From Synechococcus sp. (GTDB lineage: Bacteria; Cyanobacteriota; Cyanobacteriia; Thermostichales; PCC-7336): a stretch of DNA of 64,000 nt. The position numbers were made by a program, and so were the translations under genes. How positions within the stretch are numbered: the first letter of the stretch is position 1; each line of letters starts with the position of its first letter. A model generated the notes under the pieces. That model saw only the letters and a program-made list of their open reading frames with translations. It did not search any database and was not told the DNA's origin. The DNA lies in the NCBI GenBank assembly GCA_051439605.1, contig JBFRWN010000017.1:160001-224000 (forward strand), in the 5' to 3' direction. Of the stretch, positions 41,144 through 50,659 are shown in pieces.

Positions 41144-41203
41144 GCTAGCGTTACAGTTGCTATTGTGTTATTCGGCAAGGCTTGATTCTTAGGGAAGCAG
41201 TAC

Positions 41204-41722
41204 GTGATTCAGTCTTCTACAAAAAAATGGGTTGGGCCAGGGATTTGTCACGGCATCAAATCGTGTTTTGGTGTGTTGGCTGGTGCAACTGTATTGCTGA
41301 CATTTGCCTTTGCAGCCGATGCCGAACCAACCCTGAGCTTCGATCCTCCCCCTGGAACCCGTTTATCAAACTTCGATGCTTATTTAACCATCTCCTTCGA
41401 CCTAGAAGGAGAGAGTTGGGGCTCACTACCTTGGGACTGGCAAAATCCTCGGGTACGCCTCAATGGTCAAGATATATCGTTACCAGCTAAGTCTTTGCTG
41501 GCTGGGGCTACAGCCACTGTTTTAACTCCAGCAGAAATTGTTGTGTCTCAGCAAACCATGACGGACGATCGCATGACGTTGGAACTCAGCGGGCTGCGTT
41601 TAGATCCTGGTTTTAATCGCATAGTGATAGAAATCCCCCCCCAACAAGAAGGTCTCGAGACCCTTACATACAACGTTGCTTATCCTGTCATCGCGGGACA
41701 GGGACAGTCAACCGCTAGATAA
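41204..41722 (+). CDS. Hypothetical exported protein
   Basis: Signal-like hydrophobic stretch, then a beta-rich, possibly Ig-like domain. Confidence 0.55.
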   Translation: MIQSSTKKWVGPGICHGIKSCFGVLAGATVLLTFAFAADAEPTLSFDPPPGTRLSNFDAYLTISFDLEGESWGSLPWDWQNPRVRLNGQDISLPAKSLLAGATATVLTPAEIVVSQQTMTDDRMTLELSGLRLDPGFNRIVIEIPPQQEGLETLTYNVAYPVIAGQGQSTAR

Positions 41723-41861
41723 TCATGTCTAGCGAACACCATGCATGATTTAGTCCTTCACATCTTCAGCTATCCTGCGTTCTCGCTCGTTATATTGTTG
41801 TCAATGCCTTTCGCGATAAAGACTTCGGTGCAATTGCGGCATGCCAAATAAATACCGATGA

Positions 41862-42089
41862 CTACTCGCCTTCAGCAACGGCCAAGACCCTCTGCTCGCT
41901 CAAAACATCCTGAGCCATCTGCAAAGCCCTCGCTTGTATTCGCCATTGCTGGCATGCATTTGACTGTTCGAGCAAGCCAGCTAAATTTGATTGGGTTATT
42001 GCATAGCAATGCAAAGTACTCAAAATCTCCTCGAAGCCGTGGTTCTCCAACAAGGAGTAAACGACAGCCTCAACACGCTCTTCAATCAT
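41862..42089 (-). CDS. Small hypothetical protein (75 aa)
   Basis: ATG 42089 with GGAGA 7 nt upstream; helical sequence MIEERVEAVVYSLLENHGFEEILSTL...W..QA.AL..A. Confidence 0.65.
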   Translation of the reverse strand: MIEERVEAVVYSLLENHGFEEILSTLHCYAITQSNLAGLLEQSNACQQWRIQARALQMAQDVLSEQRVLAVAEGE

Positions 42090-43016
42090 TATTATTCTCC
42101 ACAATGCACTAAAAGAAGTAGCTAGCACACCACAACTGAGATCGCGACAGGAAATTAACTAGATTCACTGCCCAACAGACAGACTCACGCCGTTGAGCAA
42201 CAATCAACAGGAGTGCCAAACGCAATCGACTCGTATACATTAACGTAATTTTTTTAATTTTATAAAAACTTTATATAGTGAACTCCAGGCAATGCTTACC
42301 CTTCACAAAGTTCACTTTTCAGGGTCTTTTTTGTTCGCTAGAAACATTATTGACAAGCTGTTGGTTTATTTCAGACTTAAACATTGGGATTACTCCCTAA
42401 GGGAGCATCTGCACTAGCGGGTACAACCATAGAAGCCTTTTTATAGATAAATTTTGTACCAACTGCTTGTACGAGTCACACCTTGATATTTCCGTGTTTC
42501 TAGAATTTACTGGTTCGAAAAAATACAGGGCACACGACGAATAAAAAATATTTTTATTTTTTATTGTCAAGAAACTGTTCTTGCAAGGCTTTAGGATTGG
42601 CACTCTGCTCAAAACAGAGCTCTTTTATGTTGAGTGAGAAAAATTCATCATGCGAATACAATAGATCTAAAATGATACAGTACGGCTTGTTTAAGTACTG
42701 AGTCACGAGGGGTGGGGCGCATCCAGTCTTGCATCCATAGGCTCTTCCAGGATGGCTCATCACTCAGAGGCTTCACCTACTTCATTGCTTCGGGAGGAGA
42801 ATATTTGCAACTTCGCTTGTTGTATGTCGCCCATCTCCCTAACCTGGTGGCTGGTAAGGTTAAAAAACTGCACCAGTGCTCTGGAATCGTTAGGTTGACT
42901 GCTCTTTCTCGTCCCAAAAGGCGAGAATAGTTTAATTCTTCCAACACACGTAATATTTGATAAAATTTCGCTGGTATCTTGAAAAAGGTGTCTCAATGAC
43001 ACGCTGGATGGTTTTG

Positions 43017-43040
43017 AAGTGGGTTCTGCCCACTTTTTGT
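43017..43040 (+). promoter_or_regulatory. rimP leader hairpin (terminator-like attenuator)
   Basis: AAGTGGG-ttctg-CCCACTT followed by a T-rich run, ~105 nt upstream of rimP. Matches the widely conserved GTGGG...CCCACTTTTT leader. Confidence 0.7.
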
Positions 43041-43144
43041 TGTTTTGAGGGATTCTCATTCACCATAGCCAGCATAGAGTGGGATTCCCCTCGGACATTA
43101 GCTTACAAGGTACTTGCCGTGAGTCTTTTAGTTGAGAAACAGTT

Positions 43145-43615
43145 GTGGCGCATCCGCTTGCCGCTGAATTTAGCAGAATCGCTGAGCCGATCGCAAAATC
43201 GCTAGGGCTTGAATTAGTTAAGGTTGTGTTCTATACCAACCAAAATCCACCAGTAATGCGGCTAGACATCCGCAATCCGGTATCTTCTGATACTAGTCAC
43301 GATGATTGTGAAGCGATGAGTCGCGCTCTTGGCGCTCGGCTTGAGGTTAGCGATCCTGTGCCAGGTAACTATGTATTGGAGGTGTCTAGCCCAGGTCTAT
43401 CAACGATTCTTTCGAGCGATCGAGATTTTGAGGTGTTTAAAGGGTTTACTGTTGCGGTCACGATGGCTCAACCCCACAAAAATCAGATGCAGTGGCAGGG
43501 CACGTTGCAAAAACGCAATGATGAAACCCTTTTGCTCTCTATTAAAGGACGCCCAGTGAAGTTGCCGCGACACCTTATCCAACAGGTAAAACTAGTGGAT
43601 GGAGTAGAGCCATAA
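43145..43615 (+). CDS. rimP: Ribosome maturation factor RimP
   Basis: HP....; TNQNPP.MR.DIRN; DDCE.MSR; Y.LEVSSPG; L.SDRDF..FKGF; upstream of nusA. Confidence 0.92.
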   Translation: MAHPLAAEFSRIAEPIAKSLGLELVKVVFYTNQNPPVMRLDIRNPVSSDTSHDDCEAMSRALGARLEVSDPVPGNYVLEVSSPGLSTILSSDRDFEVFKGFTVAVTMAQPHKNQMQWQGTLQKRNDETLLLSIKGRPVKLPRHLIQQVKLVDGVEP

Positions 43616-43666
43616 CGCTTACCGATTTACAAACTGAATACTTTTGCGAAATAAGGAGCGATCGCC

Positions 43667-44995
43667 ATGTCTATGGTGACCTTGCCCGGTCTGGGCGAAA
43701 TGGTTGATGTGATCAGCCAGGAAAGAAATTTACCAAAGTCTGCCGTTACAGCAGCTTTGCGTGAAGCATTGCTCAAAGGCTACGAACGCTACCGTAAAAC
43801 TCTTGAACGAGATAGTCACGCCTTTGAAGAGGAATATTTCAATAACTTTGACATTGATTTGGATGTTGATGCGGAAGGTTTTCGGGTGCTGGCCACGAAA
43901 ACCATCATGGAAGAAGTTTCGAACATCGATCACGAGATCGGTCTTGCGGAAGTGCAACAGGTCGCCCCTGAAGCAGAAGCTGGTGGCCAAGTGGTGGTGG
44001 ACGTAACCCCCGATCAGACTGACTTTGGCCGCATGGCTGCCATTCAAACCAAGCAAGTGCTATCTCAAAAATTGAGGGATCAGCAGCGCCGCCTCATACA
44101 GGAAGAATTTAACGATCTGGAAGGGACGGTATTGCAAGGACGCGTGATTCGTCTTGAACGCTCCTCTGTAATTATTGGGGTGAGTAGCGGCTTTGGACAG
44201 CCAGAGGTAGAGGCGGAACTCCCCCGTCGCCAGCAGTTGGCCAACGATCGCTACAGTATTGGTTCTGTGGTGAAGGTATATTTGCAACGGGTGGCAGAAG
44301 GATCTCGCCGCGGTCCACAGCTGATTGTGTCTCGGGCTGATGCTGGATTGGTGGTCTATTTATTTGCCAACGAAGTACCTGAAATCGAAGATGATATTGT
44401 CCGCATCGTGGCTGTTGCTCGGGAAGCGAACCCACCATCCCGTAACGTAGGCCCTCGCACCAAGATTGCCGTTGATACCCTCGAACGGGATGTCGATCCT
44501 GTCGGAGCCTGTATTGGTTCTCGAGGTTCCCGCATACAAGTGGTGGTGGGCGAACTTCGGGGCGAGAAGATTGACGTGATTCGTTGGTCCCCCGATCCTG
44601 CGACCTATATCGCCAATGCCCTCAGTCCTGCCCGCATTGTGGAAGTCCGCTTGGTCGATCCGGAAATCCAGCAGGCCCACGTTCTGGTGCCTGCAGATCA
44701 ATTAAGCTTGGCCATTGGCAAAGAGGGGCAAAACGTTCGGTTGGCTGCCCGGTTGACGGGATGGAAGATCGACATCAAAGATGCCGATGAATATTACGCG
44801 GCAGAAGATGCGGGTCAGGTCATGTACGTGGCTCCAGAGCGTCCCCCCGAACCGGTGATACAAGAACCCGAACCAGAGGACACGCTGGAGGACTTGGAAG
44901 AATTAGACGATCGCAATGACGTCCCCCTCGAAGAGTTCGACTTTGATATGGAATATGCGATTGCATTTCCCCCTAAGGCTTCAACAGAAGATTAA
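43667..44995 (+). CDS. nusA: Transcription termination/antitermination factor NusA
   Basis: FGRMAAIQTKQV; S1 domain; EVPEI; RTKIAV; DPVGACIG.RG.RIQ; SLAIGKEGQNVRLAARLTGWKIDIK. Confidence 0.96.
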   Translation: MSMVTLPGLGEMVDVISQERNLPKSAVTAALREALLKGYERYRKTLERDSHAFEEEYFNNFDIDLDVDAEGFRVLATKTIMEEVSNIDHEIGLAEVQQVAPEAEAGGQVVVDVTPDQTDFGRMAAIQTKQVLSQKLRDQQRRLIQEEFNDLEGTVLQGRVIRLERSSVIIGVSSGFGQPEVEAELPRRQQLANDRYSIGSVVKVYLQRVAEGSRRGPQLIVSRADAGLVVYLFANEVPEIEDDIVRIVAVAREANPPSRNVGPRTKIAVDTLERDVDPVGACIGSRGSRIQVVVGELRGEKIDVIRWSPDPATYIANALSPARIVEVRLVDPEIQQAHVLVPADQLSLAIGKEGQNVRLAARLTGWKIDIKDADEYYAAEDAGQVMYVAPERPPEPVIQEPEPEDTLEDLEELDDRNDVPLEEFDFDMEYAIAFPPKASTED

Positions 44996-45050
44996 TCCTG
45001 AGATCCCTCTGCCGCTGGAGGAGAGATTCAGCTGTATCGAGCCATAGCAA

Positions 45051-45098
45051 GCGACCCTAAATCTCTAGCAAAGTCTTTGCTACAGCTATTAGGGTTGC
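45051..45098. terminator. Long imperfect hairpin downstream of nusA
   Basis: GCGACCCTAA...TAGCAAA-gtc-TTTGCTA...TTAGGGTTGC. Confidence 0.45.
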
Positions 45099-45387
45099 TG
45101 CCAATTGGGTACGCAGTTGTATTAGATAAACTCTACAAACAGCTTTATACCTACAGCTGCTGTGGTGAAATCCTCAAGCCATTAATCTACCTTCAGCGGG
45201 GAATGTCTTTAGATGAGATCTGTCTTTAAATGAAGTCTGTCTTGACCGATAATACCTGCCCGACCTGAGAGCCTCGATACGTCTTTGCTAGCTGATAGAT
45301 TCTCGCCTCAAAAGTTCTTGGTGAACGCTTTGGAGCGCTATTGTCGCTATAATCACGCATAACATCAGTCCACAACAGTACAGCTTC

Positions 45388-45861
45388 ATGAAGGCTCAAC
45401 CCTCAAACGCTAAATTCATGCGCCTCTACGGTCGCCTACGTAAGCAAACCCAGGACTATTTCTGGATTGCTTTCACCTGGTTCATTGCTCTAATCAACGA
45501 TCGTCTTCTGCCTGAGAACCGTGCGATAGACGCTCAAGCGATCGCCGATTGGTGCAACGAGTTCCTAGCAGCACACGATGCCGGAGATCGTCAGTATCGC
45601 GGTTTACCTGTTGACCCCGAGTTCGTTGCAGCATTGGATAGCCCCGGAAATTTGGAAGACTTTACATACCGCGGCATTGAAGTGAGTCTCAAGGGCAAAG
45701 CTCGTCCTGCTTTTCTACTGGGCAGCGGCACTGCCAAACCGTTTGTTCCTGGTTACCAAATACAACTTCGCCGTTGGATTGTTCAATCTGACCTGACGGA
45801 CAAAGATCTAGTAGCTGTTACCCCTGAAATTCAAGCTAACTTCCGGGGTCGGGACATCTAA
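45388..45861 (+). CDS. Hypothetical protein with repeated (Y/F)RG motifs
   Basis: 157-aa ORF preceded by TATAAT (~45348) and followed by a terminator; contains QYRG, TYRG, NFRG. Confidence 0.7.
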   Translation: MKAQPSNAKFMRLYGRLRKQTQDYFWIAFTWFIALINDRLLPENRAIDAQAIADWCNEFLAAHDAGDRQYRGLPVDPEFVAALDSPGNLEDFTYRGIEVSLKGKARPAFLLGSGTAKPFVPGYQIQLRRWIVQSDLTDKDLVAVTPEIQANFRGRDI

Positions 45862-45910
45862 AATTCTTGGCCTACATAATCAGACCGAACGTAAAAATAT
45901 CACCCCTGAA

Positions 45911-45940
45911 CCCTCCACAAATGATGGAGGGCTTTTTGTT
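45911..45940 (+). terminator. Intrinsic terminator
   Basis: CCCTCCA-caaatga-TGGAGGG followed by CTTTTTGTT. Confidence 0.75.
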
Positions 45941-47239
45941 GATTCGCCACACTGCTTACTCGTTCAGCCGCCCCTATTGCAGATAGGATCTAAGGGGAAG
46001 CTAGATGCAGTCTTAAAACATTGCCACAGTTACTATATTCAAGCCTGAAGCTCGATAGCTCGTGTCAAACGTCTTACTCTTCAATGGCTTGGGTCTGCTG
46101 TAAAAATAACGGGCACTCTGTGTTGTTGTCGTAAACAATTCAGGACGATTAGCGCTCTGGACTCTATTCCGAGGGCGATCCCCGCGTTGCAGCATATAGA
46201 GCCAAAGGACAAAGCAAGCAATTGCCGATAGCGCAAGAATTCAATCTTTTGATGGTACCGAAGTGGCAAACAGAGACTTCTACCTAGATTGAAAGGCTGA
46301 AATTTATATCGATCCCCACCCATTTGATATGACGACTGGATGTGGATCCGGAAAAAAGTTAAGCCTGCCTTAAACAAGGATTAAGAAAAATTGATTTAAT
46401 GCCTTGTGTTCCATGAATCGGCGAGTGAAGGGCTATAGTTAAATCACATAGAGTTCTGCCAAAGGAGGCAACATCTCAGTTCCATTTCCTGATTGCGAGA
46501 TGGCTGCGATCCCCTATCTTCAGGCTTTAAACGTAAGCTGTCTGGACGCAGTATATTTCTATCAATCTCGCTCGTTCACGATAACTCTCAGGAATTTCGT
46601 TCCCTAATTGTGCATGGGAGAAAATCAATCTTGCGGTTGCAGGCGCTCCGATAAGGTGATCGTACAGGTTGGAGTCTCTAACTAATACTGACAAAAATAG
46701 AGAACTTCAAATTTACTGAGAGTTATATCGTTTGCCATTTATATTTCCAACTCATTACGCCGCCCATGCGGTATAGATGGCAGCGAGAAGCAAACAAATA
46801 GTCTTTGAAAACCCAAGCAAGGAGGTTAGTTTCTCAGTATATTCATGTCCTCAAGTGCTGCTGCCTGCACACCTTTGTACAATTATGTTAACCGTTTGTT
46901 TTTCTGGCAGTGGCGATAAAAATGCCTACAGTTTGTGCTCAACATTCAGTGCCCGTAGTGGAAGTATTCAGGAGCTTTCTCCTGAAACTCCAATTTAGTA
47001 TCTAGTACTGAGTAGTGAGAGGCGATTGTAGGCATTATTGTATTTCGGATTTTACGATTTTCAATTGTTTGAGAGAATGGAAAGATAGCCCCTGATCAAC
47101 AGTCAAATTTCTTTTTACTTGCATTGAAATAAAGACTGTGTCTTTATATGCAAGCGCTGTGGGTGAGCCTGAAGGGTACCATCCACAGAAATTTGCATCT
47201 ATTTTGCAAGCATAACATCCAGTTTGTAGGAGAGCAGCA

Positions 47240-47398
47240 ATGCTGACATTTGCTAAGCAACTGATTCGAGCGATCGCCGATATTTTTGCTCCCCCTCCAA
47301 AAACATCCACGACGGTAGGTTATCAATCCATTACTTCAGATATCTGCCATAACAATAAAGGCTTCGCTTGCCATGTAGATGATTTTCCGCACAACTAA
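47240..47398 (+). CDS. Putative 52-aa small protein
   Basis: Read by hand: MLTFAKQLIRAIADIFAPPPKTSTTVGYQSITSDICHNNKGFACHVDDFPHN*. AGGAGA lies 6 nt before the ATG. Confidence 0.6.
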   Translation: MLTFAKQLIRAIADIFAPPPKTSTTVGYQSITSDICHNNKGFACHVDDFPHN

Positions 47399-47727
47399 CT
47401 GATTTTGATAGAGACTGCAAAGACCATTTCATCTTGATTAGGCTTGTAGAAGAAAGCGATGTGAATACATCAGTTAAGGCAGTGCAGTTTGCATTGCCTT
47501 TTTGTTAGGCTCTATCACATTCTTGCCGAATAAAAGTGGCCATCGTGGGGGCTATCGCGGCAAAAAAGCGCCCCCCAGCAAACGTGAGAGCGCTCGAGCC
47601 CTGAGAGGAATTGTCCGAACCCGAGCTAGTGGCAGTATTTCATCTAGAACAGCAAGAACTAGGTTCAGCCAACGTTACGGCTGACGACAATCCTCAGTGA
47701 CTTGCCGATCGCCATAGATTATCCAGA

Positions 47728-48201
47728 CTACAGATTCGATCGAATACCTACAATTTTGGCTTCCGAACGGTTGATCCGCTGGATTTCGCTGCCCAACCGG
47801 TGGAAGGGAACGGAGTAAGTCGTGATAGCTTGTCGGGTACGAGCCCCCTTCAAACCGGAAATTTCCAAGGTGAAGACCCGATTCCCGTTCAGATACTTTT
47901 TCTCAGTTAGCGGTTTGCTGGTAGAGACTTGAGTTGCGGTTGATGGTGCAGTGCGTTGGGGTCTAGGACTCGGCTTAGAGTGAACTAGGGGAGTCCTTGG
48001 CTGTTTTACTCGAGATGTAGCTGTGGGTGCTTGCGAGCGGTTACGCGATACCCATGAAGCCACCTGGCGAGCTTGGGCTTTGGTAATGGTACTGGAGGGG
48101 GAATTCACCTCAAGCCCCATCTTCTGACAAGCGGTCAAAATTGGTGTGCAGTTATCCAGCCCAAGCTCTTTTTTCAGGCTGTAAATCCTCACCTTTCTCA
48201 T
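47728..48201 (-). CDS. IF2 N-terminal-like domain / Pro-Ser-Thr linker / CpcD-like linker domain fusion protein
   Basis: N-terminus KVRIYSLKKELGLDN..IL..C..MG..V.S.SSTIT..QA..V; C-terminus RVF.LEISGL....R.A...Y.VPF.RL..EIQRINR...KIV.I. ATG 48201 follows AGGTG. Confidence 0.8.
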   Translation of the reverse strand: MRKVRIYSLKKELGLDNCTPILTACQKMGLEVNSPSSTITKAQARQVASWVSRNRSQAPTATSRVKQPRTPLVHSKPSPRPQRTAPSTATQVSTSKPLTEKKYLNGNRVFTLEISGLKGARTRQAITTYSVPFHRLGSEIQRINRSEAKIVGIRSNL

Positions 48202-48712
48202 AACCGTCACCTAGATGTAGCGTACAAAGTCATTCAAAATCACTTCTCGACACTATTATTACTCTGTCAAAAATGGTTACGCAGCCCCTGTTTACTATTC
48301 TTTGAGAAAGGTGGGATCGCCATAAAGCAGGCGATTGTCTCGTTGGCTGATGAAAATTTTTGCGTACCTATGAGCTCATCCCGCTTCTGTTTAGGACGCG
48401 CCACACCATTACCAAACGGAGAGCAAGCTCAGTTTGAAGGAAGTAATAGGTGCAAGTTCGCATCAACAAAGCAAGGACTTTCTCTCATATCTCACATATT
48501 TATTGTGCAAACCAAACGCGATCGCCTTCATTGCAACGGCACTGTCATATGAGGGAAGTGGGGTATAACCAAACTGTTCTATTTATTGTTGTAGCCATTT
48601 CTCTAAGGACAGCGGATCCAATCCCGCTGTAGAGTTCGAAGTATTGAAATGTGCTAAGCGGCCTGTGGCCGCCAATGGTGATCGCTGATTTTGAGAGTGG
48701 AGATCGACGTCC

Positions 48713-49744
48713 GTGCTGCGATTCTCAAGTATTTCTACCGCGAGGGCACTCGCAACCACCGTCCTACTGGGGTTAGTCGCTTGCAGTTCGCCTCCCGCTG
48801 ATGTTTCACAAACAGGTTCGTCTGCGGGGGAAACTCAAACGATTACCGCTAAATCTGTGGCCGTAACGCAAATTGTGGAACATCCTGCTCTGGATGCGGC
48901 CCAAGATGGTGTGGAGGACGAGTTGTTGGAAGCCGGTTACGTCTTGGGGGAGACGCTCAATTTGTCTTGGGAGAGCGCCCAGGGGAGCCCGGCTACCGCA
49001 GCACAGATTGCAAGCAAGTTTGTGGGGGATAACCCCGATGCTATTGTGGCGATCGCCACCCCGTCTGCCCAGGCAGCGGTGGCTGCTTCTGACTCGATTC
49101 CGGTGATTTTTTCAGCAGTCACCGATCCTGTGGGGGCTGGACTCGTGCAAACGCTGGATGCCCCTGGAGGGCTGGTTACGGGGGTGACGGATTTATCTCC
49201 GATTGGGGAGCATTTAGACCTCATTCTCGAGATTATCCCGCAGGCGGACAGGGTGGGGGTGGTGTACAACGCCGGGGAGGATAATTCCGTTAGCTTGGTA
49301 GCTCTGATTCAAGCGGAAGCACCAGAGCGTAATTTAGACATAGTTGAAGCGACAGCTGCCCGATCGAGTGACGTGAGAGCCGCTGCCGAGAGTCTGGTGG
49401 GGAAAGTCGATGCCATCTATATTCCCACCGATAACACGGTGGCTTCGGCATTAGAATCCGTGATAGCTGTAGGGGAAGACAACCAACTGCCTGTGTTTGC
49501 TGGAGATACTGGTTCGGTGGAACGGGGGGCGATCGCCTCCTTAGGATTTGATTATTACGATGTCGGTCGACAAACGGGTGCCCTCGTGGTGCGGGTGCTA
49601 GCAGGGGAAGATCCGGGCGGCATTCCGGTGCAGCGCGTCAATCGCCTGAATCTGGTGGTCAATTTAGAGGCTGCGGCAGCTATGGGAGTTGAGATTCCAA
49701 AGGCTGTCATTGACCGAGCTGACGAAACGCTAGATGCAGAGTAG
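48713..49744 (+). CDS. ABC transporter substrate-binding lipoprotein (COG2984, putative aromatic amino acid)
   Basis: Lipobox LVAC; QIVEHPALD; AIATPSAQ; FSAVTDP; YN.GE.NS; PTDNTV. Confidence 0.88.
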   Translation: MLRFSSISTARALATTVLLGLVACSSPPADVSQTGSSAGETQTITAKSVAVTQIVEHPALDAAQDGVEDELLEAGYVLGETLNLSWESAQGSPATAAQIASKFVGDNPDAIVAIATPSAQAAVAASDSIPVIFSAVTDPVGAGLVQTLDAPGGLVTGVTDLSPIGEHLDLILEIIPQADRVGVVYNAGEDNSVSLVALIQAEAPERNLDIVEATAARSSDVRAAAESLVGKVDAIYIPTDNTVASALESVIAVGEDNQLPVFAGDTGSVERGAIASLGFDYYDVGRQTGALVVRVLAGEDPGGIPVQRVNRLNLVVNLEAAAAMGVEIPKAVIDRADETLDAE

Positions 49745-49753
49745 GTCAATCGA

Positions 49754-50659
49754 GTGAGTTGGGCGGCGTTTATTGGTGCCCTAGAAACGGGGCTGATTTA
49801 CGGACTGGTGGCTTTGGGGGTCTACCTGTCCTTTCGGGTGTTGGATTTTCCCGACCTCACCGTAGATGGCAGTTTTGCCCTAGGGGGGGCGGTGGCGGCG
49901 GTGGCGATTGTGGGTGGGGTCAATCCCTATCTGGCAACTGGTTTGGCGGCGTGCGCCGCAGGATTAGCGGGGTTTGTTACCGCTTGGTTGAATGTCCGAT
50001 TAGGCATTCTCAACTTGCTGGCCAGCATCTTAACAATGATTGCCCTCTACTCGGTGAACTTGAGGGTGATGGGCAGCCCCAACGTATCTTTGCTGAACCA
50101 GCCGACGATCTTTACCCCCTTTGAGTCGTGGAGCTGGCTTCCAGCACGCTACGTTGAGGTGTCGGTGCTGGCGGTGGTGGCGGTTGCGGTAAAGTTACTC
50201 ACCGATTGGTTTCTGGCCTCAGAACTGGGTTTAGCAATGCGCGCTACGGGCGCTAACCCAACCATGGCTCGGGCTCAGGGGATTGGGACGGGGGCTATCG
50301 TTCTATTAGGGATGGTCCTCAGCAATGGCCTAGTGGGATTAGGAGGAGCCCTGTTTGCCCAAACATTTGGGTTCGCGGATGTGTCGGTGGGGGTGGGCAC
50401 GATTGTATTTGGTCTGGCGGCGGTAATTATTGGCGAGTCTCTATTGCGGGGGAGCGCAGTTTGGGCCGCGACGCTGGGAGCATTAGTGGGGTCGATTGTG
50501 TATCGACTGGTGGTGGCCTTGGCGTTGAATGTGGATGTGTTAGGGCTAAAAGCCCAGGACCTCAATCTGATTACGGCTTTGTTAGTGACGGTGGCCCTGG
50601 TATTGCCCAACGTGCGCAATCCGTTTAAGCGGTTCCTGACTCAAGGAGCCGGCAAATGA
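49754..50659 (+). CDS. ABC transporter permease (COG4120 type)
   Basis: GVYLSFRVLDFPDLTVDGSF; LYSVNLR; G.A.RATG.N; GLAAVIIGE. Confidence 0.88.
   Translation: MSWAAFIGALETGLIYGLVALGVYLSFRVLDFPDLTVDGSFALGGAVAAVAIVGGVNPYLATGLAACAAGLAGFVTAWLNVRLGILNLLASILTMIALYSVNLRVMGSPNVSLLNQPTIFTPFESWSWLPARYVEVSVLAVVAVAVKLLTDWFLASELGLAMRATGANPTMARAQGIGTGAIVLLGMVLSNGLVGLGGALFAQTFGFADVSVGVGTIVFGLAAVIIGESLLRGSAVWAATLGALVGSIVYRLVVALALNVDVLGLKAQDLNLITALLVTVALVLPNVRNPFKRFLTQGAGK

Noticed and set aside
42540..42566. AT-rich tract as replication origin
   Set aside because: No DnaA-box cluster and no dnaA/dnaN nearby.
42712..43205. ORFs 42712-42930, 42760-43059 and 42957-43205
   Set aside because: Mutually overlapping, with no RBS or recognisable motifs; two of them overlap the rimP leader hairpin.
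46013..47326. ORF-track entries in the gap (46013, 46081, 46777, 47035, 47144)
   Set aside because: No RBS or motifs and atypical composition; two lie antisense to the better-supported 47240 ORF.
48073..48552. 159-aa plus-strand ORF
   Set aside because: It overlaps the IF2N-CpcD gene and its promoter in antisense, has a TTG start and non-protein-like composition.
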